IMG/VR virus record: IMGVR_UViG_3300049048_000078
Location: 1-58,161 of that record
Source of the DNA: a virus
Taxonomy: Duplodnaviria; Caudoviricetes
Length of the DNA: 58,161 bases
Strand: one strand, 5' to 3'
The notes under the pieces are model-generated. The model made no database searches. It was not told the origin of the DNA and saw nothing but the letters and a program-made list of their open reading frames with translations. The first letter of the stretch is position 1. The number at the start of each line of letters is the position of its first letter. Position numbers and translations under genes: made by a program. This document shows, piece by piece, positions 26,753 through 35,643 of this stretch.

Positions 26753-26757
26753 CGCTG

Positions 26758-27435
26758 TCAGGCGATGGGGCCGGGGTTCAGGCCCTGGCCGTTGCGCACC
26801 CATGCCTCATTGCGGCCGCTGGCCTTGCGGCCGAACTCAGCCTCGAACCGGGCCAGCGCTACGGCCGCCTTGCCGTCGTTGTGCAGGTCGGTGTCTTCGC
26901 GGCTGTAGGCTCGGTACAGCATCCAGTCCACCAGTCCGCGATGCAGTTCCGGACGGATCTCCGGCTTGTCAAAGTCGTTGCGCAGCGGCTTGAGCGGCAG
27001 GCGCTGGACCGTGAGGCGGATCGTCCCGGCGTCCTTCGGCCGTGGCCACAGGTGCAACGCACCGGTTGTCATACCCTCCACTAGATGCGTGGGGCGGCTC
27101 CGGCTGGTGTCGTCTTGCCACGCGGGAAAGATGCTGTCCATGACCTCATCCGACACCAGAGCCACGTCCTGCCCGTCAACGCGGGCACGGATGATGCGCA
27201 CGATCCTGGGGTCGATGGTGGCGATTTCTTCATCTGCGGCGATGGCCACTGTGCACATCGGAGAAGAGGAGTCGCGCAGCAGTTCGCTGCGCCGGCATGC
27301 CTCTTCCTGGGCCTCATTGACATAGATCGTGAGCAGATCGTCCTTGCAAAACACATCGCTGTCCCCACCACCCACGGACTTGATCTGGTCCATGGACTGG
27401 GCCCGATACAGCGCGATCAGCTCTTCCAGGTTCAT
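26758..27435 (-). CDS. Head-tail adaptor-like protein
   Basis: NEAQEEACRR, LWPRP, PEI..ELH..LVDWMLYRAY..D motifs. Confidence 0.75.
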   Translation of the reverse strand: MNLEELIALYRAQSMDQIKSVGGGDSDVFCKDDLLTIYVNEAQEEACRRSELLRDSSSPMCTVAIAADEEIATIDPRIVRIIRARVDGQDVALVSDEVMDSIFPAWQDDTSRSRPTHLVEGMTTGALHLWPRPKDAGTIRLTVQRLPLKPLRNDFDKPEIRPELHRGLVDWMLYRAYSREDTDLHNDGKAAVALARFEAEFGRKASGRNEAWVRNGQGLNPGPIA

Positions 27436-27449
27436 GGCCGTCGATCAGG

Positions 27450-27896
27450 TCAGGAAGCCAATACAGCGCGCAGCCAGGCGGACCCGCGCGGGTTGTCGTC
27501 ACGGTTGACGATGAAGGGATAGCGCAGGCTCTTGACCTGCTTCAGAACGTTCATGGCTTCGCCTTTGCGTTCGTCCAAGTCTTGGTCGTAACCGGTTTCC
27601 TTGGCGCGCGCCAACCGCTCCACATACTTGCGCTTCACCACAATGGGAACATCGCGGCGGAACATCTGCGTGACGCCGTTGACGGCCACATGCACATAGG
27701 GAGCTTCGTTGTCCTTGCCGGACGATTGGACTGTCACCATCACAGGCTCGTTCATGAAGGCCTCCAGCTCGGCGTCTTTCATGGTGACCGGGTTGGCGAT
27801 GACTTCCGGCGAAAACTCCTGCACCACGCCGAACTCCATCGTGTTCTCGGTGCCCAGATATTCGTTGGTGGAGTCCACCTCGGTTTTGCGGCTCAT
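27450..27896 (-). CDS. Hypothetical head-module protein
   Basis: Start MSRKTE with AGGAG Shine-Dalgarno. Confidence 0.75.
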   Translation of the reverse strand: MSRKTEVDSTNEYLGTENTMEFGVVQEFSPEVIANPVTMKDAELEAFMNEPVMVTVQSSGKDNEAPYVHVAVNGVTQMFRRDVPIVVKRKYVERLARAKETGYDQDLDERKGEAMNVLKQVKSLRYPFIVNRDDNPRGSAWLRAVLAS

Positions 27897-27954
27897 GTTC
27901 TCGATCTCCTGAGGGAATGTGGCGCCCCAGCGAGTGCCGGGGCGCGATGCGGCA

Positions 27955-28323
27955 TCAGCCGCGGGCTTCGTAGACACAGGTCTTGGAAGCCAGGATGGCG
28001 GCCAGGGTGGCGTTCTGCAGCACACGGAAGCCGTGCTCGTCCACCGTGATGCCCCCGTTGCCTGCCCCGGTTTCGAGGGTGCGGGTGCCGGCGGCAACGG
28101 TCTTCAGGCAGCTGTTGGCATCCATGCCCTCGAACCACTCGACTTCGACGCGGTCGGTCAAGTTGACCCAGCGCACATAGCGCGGCTTGAAGCCGGTCTC
28201 CACGCGGGTCGAGTCAGTCGCCGTGATGGCGGTGGCGTCGTAAACCACCTTGCCCTGGGCAAGTGCGGGCGAGTCCTGCTTGTCGGAGTTGATGCGGGTC
28301 TGGCCCGCGGTGTTGTCGGCCAT
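27955..28323 (-). CDS. Capsid decoration-like protein, 122 aa
   Basis: AAGGAG Shine-Dalgarno; directly after the capsid gene; TGFKPRYV..W.EGM motif. Confidence 0.7.
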   Translation of the reverse strand: MADNTAGQTRINSDKQDSPALAQGKVVYDATAITATDSTRVETGFKPRYVRWVNLTDRVEVEWFEGMDANSCLKTVAAGTRTLETGAGNGGITVDEHGFRVLQNATLAAILASKTCVYEARG

Positions 28324-28355
28324 GATGGCTCCTTGATGTGGGGGGTGTTAAATGC

Positions 28356-28381
28356 GAGAGAAGGGCCGAAGCCCTTTCTCT
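28356..28381 (-). terminator. Hairpin/terminator after the major capsid gene
   Basis: GAGAAAGGGC-TTCG-GCCCTTCTCTC on the minus strand. Confidence 0.65.
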
Positions 28382-28389
28382 GTCTAGCC

Positions 28390-29433
28390 TTACAGCGCGG
28401 TCACGCCCGCTTCAGCGACGGCCATCCAGCCTTCGTTGAGCATGGTGCAGGCCATGTAGAACTTGGCGCCGACGTAGCCGCGTTGGCCCAGCGGATCGCT
28501 CTTGTCCTTTTGGCCGGGTGGGATGTACGTGGGGTCGAGCGAATCGCCACCACGCAGCGCCAGCTGGCCCCAGGCATCAGCGCCAACCATGATGAACGGG
28601 TACACGTCCACCTTGGAAGCGCCCACGCTGGACAGCCCGGTCGAGCCCACGTCAGCGCCTGCACCCAGGTAGGGAGCCAGCTCCGGCGACGTGATGAAAC
28701 GGAAGTTCTCCACACTGCCGATTTCGTGCGGGCTCACAGGCTTGCGGGTGCCGTATTCCGACACGTGGATGAAGCCGACCAGGTCGCGTACATCGGCTTC
28801 GGCGTCCGAATGGACGAACACCAGGTAGGCCGCTTCCACGGGCTGGGTGTCGATGTCCACCGAAGGCGCCAGGATCTGCGTGATGCGCTTGGCATGGTTG
28901 GCCTGCAGGTTGCGACTGACCTTGCGCAGCAGCGACAGCGTGATCTTCGCGTTGACGCTGGCACGGGTGGAGCCGCCGCCGCCGTAATACACGTTCGTGC
29001 AAGCCTTCAGCACGCCGTAGCGGATCATTTCGCGCACCAGGGCGATGCGCTCTCCGCACTGCTGCTTCATTTCGGCAGGCGCGTCGTCCTCGTAGGTGTC
29101 CGCGGTCTGGTCGGTGAGCTGGTAGAGGCAGCCGTACTGCTTCAGCGTCACCGTGATGTCCTGCGGCACCAACGTGTCGGCCGTAGGCGTGACGCCCTCG
29201 GTCAGCTCGTGCGTGGCAGGATCAGCCGACGGGCGGTTGATGGTGTTGTAGTTCGTGGCCGCGGCGCCGTAGGGCAGATACCGGCGGTGCACGATGGTCT
29301 TGCCCGAGTTCTTGGGCATGCCACGTTGCTGGCCGGTGATGCCCAGGACTTCGGCGGGCACGGCGTGGGCGAGGATGTCGCCCTTCAGCTTGCCGATCCG
29401 GGCGGCTGGGCTGGTGCTGGAAAATTGAGCCAT
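28390..29433 (-). CDS. Major capsid protein, N4-gp56 family
   Basis: MPKNSGKTI..RRY, LTEGVTP, TLKQYG, EIGSVE..RFI, DPLGQRGYVG motifs. Confidence 0.9.
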   Translation of the reverse strand: MAQFSSTSPAARIGKLKGDILAHAVPAEVLGITGQQRGMPKNSGKTIVHRRYLPYGAAATNYNTINRPSADPATHELTEGVTPTADTLVPQDITVTLKQYGCLYQLTDQTADTYEDDAPAEMKQQCGERIALVREMIRYGVLKACTNVYYGGGGSTRASVNAKITLSLLRKVSRNLQANHAKRITQILAPSVDIDTQPVEAAYLVFVHSDAEADVRDLVGFIHVSEYGTRKPVSPHEIGSVENFRFITSPELAPYLGAGADVGSTGLSSVGASKVDVYPFIMVGADAWGQLALRGGDSLDPTYIPPGQKDKSDPLGQRGYVGAKFYMACTMLNEGWMAVAEAGVTAL

Positions 29434-29458
29434 TTGGTTCTCCTTGGGGCCGTGCTAC

Positions 29459-30394
29459 TCAGCGCCGACCCATGGTGGCCGCAAAAGCGGCACGCATTGC
29501 TTCGTCTTCGGTTGGCGCGGCCTGGGGACGCGGCGCGTTCCCCGAAGGCGTCAGCGCCCGTTCCAAGCGGTTGCGACCCTGCGTCTGGCGCGTCTCCCGC
29601 GCTGCGCTTTCGGTGTCGTACTTGCTGACAATCCCGCCCAACTCATCCGCCGACATCGTGTTTTCATACGTGTCTCGGACATCGTCGGGCTGGCGGGCCA
29701 GCCACAGCTTGAAATCGGGCGTCACGACCTTTTCGCGCCAGCCCTTGTGCACGCGGTCCATCACCGCCAGTTCAACTGCCCAGGCGTCTTGCCCGGCCTG
29801 CACTGGAACCTGCGCACCCGTGGCCTCGGTGTGCGCCTGTTCAGCCGGTGGGGCTGCTTCTTGGGTAGATTGCGGGGTGATCCCCAATGCCTTCACGTAC
29901 GCGGCGAACTCGGGATAGTCCTGCTCGAACTGCTGGAGTTCAGGTGGCAGCTGTCGCACCTGTTGGGGCGCGGGCGTGGCGACTGGCACGGCTTGTTGAA
30001 GCCTGCGGTTCAGATCACCGATGCTGCCGTGGGCTTTGTCCAACTGCTTGCGCAGGCTGTCCACGTCGGCTGCGTTGCTGAGCAGGCGCCGCAGCTCGCT
30101 GCGCTTGAGGCCGTCGAGCAGCACCGGGTCTTCCTCAGCTGCGGGCGAGTCAGCAGGCTTTTCGCCCGCTTGTTCGCCGCTGGCCTCGGTTGCACCTGGT
30201 GCCGCGCCGCTGGTTTCTGGCGCATTGGCTGGCGTTTCGCCGTTCCCTTCGGGCGCCGTGCCGGTTCCACCCGCGTCGCCGGCCGCAGCATCGTTCGATG
30301 CGACAGTGGGCGAAGCTGGGATTCCGGAGACGCTGGCGAAGGCCTGCTCGAAAGCTGCCTGCTCTTCTGCCTGTTCCTGCTCACGTACGTTCAT
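29459..30394 (-). CDS. Scaffolding protein
   Basis: Acidic, low-complexity helical protein immediately upstream of the capsid gene. Confidence 0.7.
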   Translation of the reverse strand: MNVREQEQAEEQAAFEQAFASVSGIPASPTVASNDAAAGDAGGTGTAPEGNGETPANAPETSGAAPGATEASGEQAGEKPADSPAAEEDPVLLDGLKRSELRRLLSNAADVDSLRKQLDKAHGSIGDLNRRLQQAVPVATPAPQQVRQLPPELQQFEQDYPEFAAYVKALGITPQSTQEAAPPAEQAHTEATGAQVPVQAGQDAWAVELAVMDRVHKGWREKVVTPDFKLWLARQPDDVRDTYENTMSADELGGIVSKYDTESAARETRQTQGRNRLERALTPSGNAPRPQAAPTEDEAMRAAFAATMGRR

Positions 30395-30424
30395 GCGTCA
30401 TGCACTCCTGATTGCATGCCGAGG

Positions 30425-30634
30425 TCAGTAGCCACCAACGTCGGCGATAGGCGCCGGGGCCGGGGTTTCCAGCGCCAGCAGTTCTTTCCAAGCCGCAATC
30501 CGGCCGCGTGTTTCAGCGGTGCGAATGGCGTCCATTGACGGGCTGTCGTTCTTCTCTCGCAGCGTGGCGATCTGCTTCTGTGCATGCGCACTCACAGCAC
30601 GCCACGTGGGGGAGTTGAGGTCGAGGCCCTTCAT
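30425..30634 (-). CDS. Small head-module protein, 69 aa
   Basis: L.EKND..T...RGRI...KELL motif; between portal and scaffold. Confidence 0.75.
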   Translation of the reverse strand: MKGLDLNSPTWRAVSAHAQKQIATLREKNDSPSMDAIRTAETRGRIAAWKELLALETPAPAPIADVGGY

Positions 30635-30642
30635 GGCTCTGC

Positions 30643-30684
30643 AGTTTTCAAGAATGGGAGCAAACCGGCGAACCCTACTGGGGG
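30643..30684 (-). promoter_or_regulatory. Late-promoter motif copy 6 (head operon, predicted leaderless)
   Basis: CCCCCAGTAGGGTTCGC-N19-AAAACT-N8-ATG. Confidence 0.75.
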
Positions 30685-30691
30685 TGGCCGC

Positions 30692-32881
30692 TCAACGCAC
30701 GCCATCCGCCTCGGGTGTCTCGATGCCCTCCTGAACCCCCAGCTCGGGGCTGGTAGGCGTCAGCGGGTCGGTGTTTGACGGCACGGAAACTGGCTCCGGC
30801 TGGGTCATAGCGGCCTCGGCCAATTGAGGAACGATGGTCCCGCCGTTGCGATCCACCACACCCACAGATGCGGCGAGCTCGTCTGCCAAGGGTGCGACGC
30901 CTGGGTTCGTCGCCAGCACTTGGCCGGTTTGGACACCGCTGTAGAGGGTCTCCATGTCCGTGTTCGACTTCTCCGACTCGACTTTGCTTGCCTGAGCTTC
31001 CAGGAGCTTGGCCTTCGCCACTGCCACCGGATCCGGAGCGACCTGCTGGCGCTGCGCCTTCTGCTCGTCGGAAAGCTGGAAGCGCTTGGGGTCCAGGCGC
31101 TGGCCCTTGCACAGCTCGGCAGCCAGTTTTGCTGGATCAAGCTCGTACGCCGGGTCCTTGGCGACCTGCAGCAGCGACATCAGGAATTGCTGCTGGGCGT
31201 CGCGCTCCACCAGGGCAGAAGATGCGCGCACGTCGATCTCGAAGTCGCCCTTGATGCTCTCGTCGTCGCTGTAGCTCATCATCCAGTCGAAATACCGCTG
31301 GATGTGCGGGCGGGTCATGTAGTCGTCGAACCGCTTGGCCAGGCGGCGCAGGACGCTGGTCGCGTTGTTGTTCTGCATCTGCATGCCGCCCAGGGTGTTG
31401 GGTGCATCGCCGCGGATGCCCTGCAGCATGGCGGGCATGCCGGTGGTGTCCTCGGCCATCTTCATGGCGAAGTTGATGATGTTCATCAACTCGTTCTGGA
31501 CACTGGAAACAGTGAAGCTGGCGAAAGCCTTGGTCACATCGGTAACATCCGAACCGGCCTCCGCGCGCCAGAGTTTTCCGGGCCGTAGCGTCCAGTGTCC
31601 GTCTTGCGGCGTGATCCCATTGCCAATCACGACTTGGGGGGCGGCCGATAAACCGCTGTTGTCCATCATGGCGCGCGTGGCGCCGTTGAGCATGCGCTGC
31701 ACAGTGCGGATTTGGCGGGCGATGCCAACCCCCCATGGCATGCCGGGGCGGCGCTGCCACGCCAGCACGTCGTACGGGAACTGGCCGTCTTCCTGCGGGC
31801 TGAGCACTACCTTCACCAGGCGGTCGTTGATCATCACCGCCATGGTGGGCATCCGGTCTTCATCGCCCTCTTCCAGCTCCACACCGAAGCGCGCCAGGTA
31901 CTCGCGGGCGGCGTGGCCGTAGAAGATCCACATCTCGAACTCGTCGTCGCTGGCGCGGTAGACGGCTTCGGTGCCTTCGCGGGTGCGGGCAGGGCCCTCG
32001 CGCAGCACGGCCAGGAGTTCGGCCTGGTCGTAGCTCTCGTCTGCCAGCATCTCCTTGAGTTGGCGGCGGCCGATGAACTCGCGCTCCCAGGTGTAGCTTC
32101 CGTTGTGGATGTTCTCGCCGCACGCTGGGTCCGGGAAGAAGTTCCAGCAGTCGATGCGCTTGGAGCCTGGCTTGATGTCGTCGATCTTGATGAACTCGGT
32201 CAGGCCGGTCACGGGGTCTTTGCGCGTCATCCGCGCAGTGCGCTGTACCGGAAACGGCCCCTTCAACACACCCGAGCCGATCCGGGCCGAGTCTTCGATG
32301 ACTTGGCGCACCTCGCCGTGCCAGTTGCTCTCGACCAGAGGATCTTCGATGGCGCGCTGCAGCCGCTCGGCCGCCTCCTGCGCCTGCGCCTGCTTCTCCT
32401 CAATGGCGTAGCGCGCCTCCACGGGATGCTGCATCCCCATGGCCTGTGCGAGCTTGGTCAACTGCGCGGGGCTCAGTTCGGGGAGGGGCGTCGGCTTGAT
32501 CTCCCAGGCCCTGTCGTCGGTCGGCAGCAGCATATCGGCTACCCGTGCGCTGGCTGCGTCCACATAGGGCCGCGTGATGTTCAGGAAGACCACAGACCGC
32601 GACGGCCCCTGTTCTTTGGCCGGCGTGCCGATCAGCGCGGACTTGCGGCTGCGATAGAGCTGGTTGGCGTTCTGGAAGGCACGGTTCGCATCGTCGATGC
32701 CTTGGTAGTGCTCTTCATCCTCGGTCCATTCCTCCTCGATGCCAGAGCCAGCACGGCCCGCAATGGCCTCGCGGCGCTTGGAAAGGAGCGTCAGAACGAA
32801 CTCGCCGCGGATGTCGCGCAGTGGTTCGCCGGATTCTTTGGCCTGGGGCATGCCGCCCCCTTGCAGTTCGGTGGCGTGCAT
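30692..32881 (-). CDS. Portal protein, 729 aa
   Basis: Follows the terminase; GSGVLKGP, NFFPDP, PWGVGI..QR.LN..R.MMDN motifs. Confidence 0.85.
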   Translation of the reverse strand: MHATELQGGGMPQAKESGEPLRDIRGEFVLTLLSKRREAIAGRAGSGIEEEWTEDEEHYQGIDDANRAFQNANQLYRSRKSALIGTPAKEQGPSRSVVFLNITRPYVDAASARVADMLLPTDDRAWEIKPTPLPELSPAQLTKLAQAMGMQHPVEARYAIEEKQAQAQEAAERLQRAIEDPLVESNWHGEVRQVIEDSARIGSGVLKGPFPVQRTARMTRKDPVTGLTEFIKIDDIKPGSKRIDCWNFFPDPACGENIHNGSYTWEREFIGRRQLKEMLADESYDQAELLAVLREGPARTREGTEAVYRASDDEFEMWIFYGHAAREYLARFGVELEEGDEDRMPTMAVMINDRLVKVVLSPQEDGQFPYDVLAWQRRPGMPWGVGIARQIRTVQRMLNGATRAMMDNSGLSAAPQVVIGNGITPQDGHWTLRPGKLWRAEAGSDVTDVTKAFASFTVSSVQNELMNIINFAMKMAEDTTGMPAMLQGIRGDAPNTLGGMQMQNNNATSVLRRLAKRFDDYMTRPHIQRYFDWMMSYSDDESIKGDFEIDVRASSALVERDAQQQFLMSLLQVAKDPAYELDPAKLAAELCKGQRLDPKRFQLSDEQKAQRQQVAPDPVAVAKAKLLEAQASKVESEKSNTDMETLYSGVQTGQVLATNPGVAPLADELAASVGVVDRNGGTIVPQLAEAAMTQPEPVSVPSNTDPLTPTSPELGVQEGIETPEADGVR

Positions 32882-32882
32882 G

Positions 32883-33647
32883 TCAGTACCCTACTTCTCT
32901 ATCCAGTGGAGCCCAGCCGCCGCCGGTCTGGCGGGGCGGTGCTGGGCGGGTGATGGCCTTGCGCTTCATCATCAGCGCGTATCGGCTCGCGCTCATCAGG
33001 TCGTCCAGCTTCTTGACCACCTTGCCGTCCTTGCGGTGGTACAGCTTGAACTCTTGGAACCAGTCGCCGAGGTGGGAGAACACTTTCCAGCGGCCAGTCT
33101 GCATGCGCTCCAGCATCTCCATCAGGCCGGCCTCAACCCCATTGGAGCCGTCTTCGAAGGTCGCGCGGTCTTTGAGCATCAGCAGGCCCGCCGCAGCGTA
33201 TTGCTTGGCCAACTGCTCGCCAGAGCCTTTGTCGTGCTGTTCTCCGTCGTGCGGCCACGCCGTCGGCACCCAGACGCCCCAGGCCTTCATGGTGGTGGCG
33301 TGAATCACGGGCACCGCCTGGCTGCGGCGGTGTGCTTGGACGACGTAGATGCAGTCGTTGTCGCGGTCCCAGGCCAACTGCACACCCGCCGTCGGGTGGT
33401 CCCAACCGAAGTCGATACCGTTGATGCGCGCCCAGTGCGCGGGGATGGGGAACGGGGCAACCTTGATCGCATCCTCCTCGATGGGGAAGATGCGGCCGCT
33501 GCCGAGCGTGGGAATGCCCTTCGCCCGGGCTTCACGCTCATGCGGCGGCGAGCTGTCCCACAGCTCCTTCTTGGTCTTGGCGTCCAGGTGGGGCACATCG
33601 TCCCAGCCGGCGGTAACCAAGTAGCGCGTTGCGGTGACCGCTGGCAT
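32883..33647 (-). CDS. Terminase large subunit, C-terminal nuclease part
   Basis: GWDDVPHL, GIDFGWDHP, AWPHDG, YHRKDGK..K..DDLMSA.RY (P22 gp2-like); own GAGGAGG Shine-Dalgarno. Confidence 0.88.
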   Translation of the reverse strand: MPAVTATRYLVTAGWDDVPHLDAKTKKELWDSSPPHEREARAKGIPTLGSGRIFPIEEDAIKVAPFPIPAHWARINGIDFGWDHPTAGVQLAWDRDNDCIYVVQAHRRSQAVPVIHATTMKAWGVWVPTAWPHDGEQHDKGSGEQLAKQYAAAGLLMLKDRATFEDGSNGVEAGLMEMLERMQTGRWKVFSHLGDWFQEFKLYHRKDGKVVKKLDDLMSASRYALMMKRKAITRPAPPRQTGGGWAPLDREVGY

Positions 33648-34372
33648 CAGGCGGCCTCCTCTTTGGACTCGGGCTCAAGGAACATCAGCACTGTGCCCGA
33701 CGTGCCCTCCAGCGGCGTGAAGGTGATGTAGACGATCCCGTTGGTGGTGGCGGTGCGGATCAGGCACTCGCTGTAGATCTCCAGGGGCGGCTCCTCGTCC
33801 AGCCATATGCCGTGTCGCTCCGTGCCCTCGAAGCTACCCCTCCCTTGCTGGTAGGACTTCAACCCCAGCTCCGACCATTTGCCGGAGACATGCTGGACCA
33901 GCACCGTGTCAGCCAAGTCGGAGACGCCCTGCTTCCATGCGATCTTCCCGATCGAGTCCCCGTAGATCAGGCCAGTGCCCGCGAAGTGCTTCTCTGGGCC
34001 AGTGCCGCGCACGGGGCCGAACAGCTTGCGCTGCACGATGTCCCGCGTCGTTTCATTGGTCTTGCCAGCCGCCCAGAACTGAACCGGATGTTCGAACCGC
34101 CGGCCCTGCCACCAATCCGGGTAGCGGCCGGTGAGGTGCAGCGCCGTCTCGTACCCGCCCATGCCCTCGGTCTTGCCGACACGGTTGGCGGCCATCGCGC
34201 ACCGCTCCCGGTATTTCGCCCCGGCCTCGAAGAATTCCATGTGCTTGGGGTAGAGCTCGCGCCGTAGCGGCCCCGTCTCCGGGTACATGTCATCGATCTT
34301 GCGGCGCGACAGCGCCTTGTCGATCTCGTCCAACATGGCTTGGCGCAGGGCTGGGTTCAGGTCAGCCACCAT
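33647..34372 (-). CDS. Terminase large subunit, N-terminal ATPase part
   Basis: Walker A AANRVGKT, Walker B IWLDEEPP, motif III TFTP; start MVADLN. Confidence 0.88.
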   Translation of the reverse strand: MVADLNPALRQAMLDEIDKALSRRKIDDMYPETGPLRRELYPKHMEFFEAGAKYRERCAMAANRVGKTEGMGGYETALHLTGRYPDWWQGRRFEHPVQFWAAGKTNETTRDIVQRKLFGPVRGTGPEKHFAGTGLIYGDSIGKIAWKQGVSDLADTVLVQHVSGKWSELGLKSYQQGRGSFEGTERHGIWLDEEPPLEIYSECLIRTATTNGIVYITFTPLEGTSGTVLMFLEPESKEEAA

Positions 34373-35060
34373 TGAGCAGCGCCTCCCGCATGCGCTTGAG
34401 CTCGTCGGTCGCCATGTCTGCCAGGGTGCTGGGCTGTCGCTCCGCCTTGTCGTCCAAACCGAACGCCCGGCGCTCCGCCACCTGAAGCTTGTCGAAGGTG
34501 TCGGACAGCTGTTTGATGCAGGAGATCCGCACACCCAGGGACAGCGCTCGCTGAACACGGGCTTTGGCAGCGGCCAGGTCAGCGGGCTCAGCGTGCGGCC
34601 CAGCGAGAACCTTCGCCATCGCCTCCTGTTCCGTCGGTGTCGCGGCCTGGAGTTCGGCAAGCATTCCAGCGGCAACTGCGCGGGCCTCGGAGAGGTCTTT
34701 CCGGTGTGCCCGGATGACCCTGGTGTTCATCTCTGCCGCAACAAGGACCGTTTCCGTTACATCCTTTTGCGCTTCGATTACCGTTTCGCGCAACAAAGCT
34801 GCGTCAGTGGCCTGCTTGATTACCTCGCGAAGGTCCTTGCTCCAAGCGTGCTCCTTGGACTTCCGGCTGATCTGGGCATACGAAACGCCGTGTTTCGCTT
34901 CAAGCTCTCGGAGCGTGAAATGGCCGGTTCGGTAGTCGCGCTCGACGGCTTCCCAGTCCACTTTGTGCCGCCCACGGGGCTTCTCCCCGGGCTGCTTGTT
35001 GCGCTTCGGGGTCTCTTGCGTCGGGTTTTGCGCTTCCTGTTGCGGGCCATGTTTCGCCAT
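34362..35060 (-). CDS. Terminase small subunit
   Basis: DWEAVERDYRTG HTH and ERRAFGLD; directly upstream of terL. Confidence 0.8.
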   Translation of the reverse strand: MAKHGPQQEAQNPTQETPKRNKQPGEKPRGRHKVDWEAVERDYRTGHFTLRELEAKHGVSYAQISRKSKEHAWSKDLREVIKQATDAALLRETVIEAQKDVTETVLVAAEMNTRVIRAHRKDLSEARAVAAGMLAELQAATPTEQEAMAKVLAGPHAEPADLAAAKARVQRALSLGVRISCIKQLSDTFDKLQVAERRAFGLDDKAERQPSTLADMATDELKRMREALLNGG

Positions 35061-35067
35061 AGCCCGG

Positions 35068-35109
35068 AGTGTTCCGAGCCGGGCGCCATGCGGCGAACCC
35101 TAGTGGGGG
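35068..35109 (-). promoter_or_regulatory. Late-promoter motif copy 7 (packaging operon, predicted leaderless)
   Basis: CCCCCACTAGGGTTCGC-N19-AACACT-N7-ATG. Confidence 0.75.
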
Positions 35110-35319
35110 GCGAAATAGGGCCGCAGAGCCGTTTCAGGTTTCCTGCCGCACAGTCTCCCCAGCGGCAGCACTCCGCAAGGCCGCACAGGAGAGAACACCA
35201 TGAACCGAATCGTCCGCCTCGCCCGCGCCGGGAAGACCACTTGGGATGTCACCGAGCTTGCCGCTGACCCCACCCTGTTACCGCCATCCGCGAGGCCTAC
35301 GCGGCGGGGTTGATCCTTG

Positions 35320-35530
35320 AGCCGGTGGTGGGGCCGCGCTCCAAAGGGCGCTACACCTGCGGGGTGCCGCTGTCAGTGCATGTGCCGGGGCTGGCGCCGG
35401 AATGAGTACGACCAACTCAGCGTCACAGGTCTTCCAGCTCCACCCCAGCGATCCAGCTTCCCAGCCGGAGGCGCGCAGCCCGGGTCTTCCTGCGGATCGC
35501 GCTTCCCTATTTGCAGGAGCCCACCGGTGC
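35320..35530 (-). ncRNA. Candidate multi-hairpin structured RNA
   Basis: No credible ORF; closing stem plus several internal stems found by hand; strand inferred from context. Confidence 0.4.
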
Positions 35531-35643
35531 AATGCAAACCACGAATTCGCCTGGAGAGACGTGGACCCGAACCTCGACCAACCCAACGGCACCCAGAGCA
35601 AGGAGGATGAAAACGGCGGTTGCAATGCTTCGGAGTGCAGACT

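Noticed and set aside
27919-29628. Long antisense ORFs (also 41098..42804, 14729..16066, 54377..55672, 5567..6916)
   Set aside because: They mirror well-supported genes on the other strand and have no motifs
7665-35109. CRISPR array or REP elements from the repeated 17-mer
   Set aside because: Copies are kilobases apart, non-palindromic, same-stranded and fixed relative to gene starts, which fits promoters
35200-35313. 37-aa plus-strand ORF with a good Shine-Dalgarno
   Set aside because: Too short and possibly frameshifted; cannot be supported without homologues
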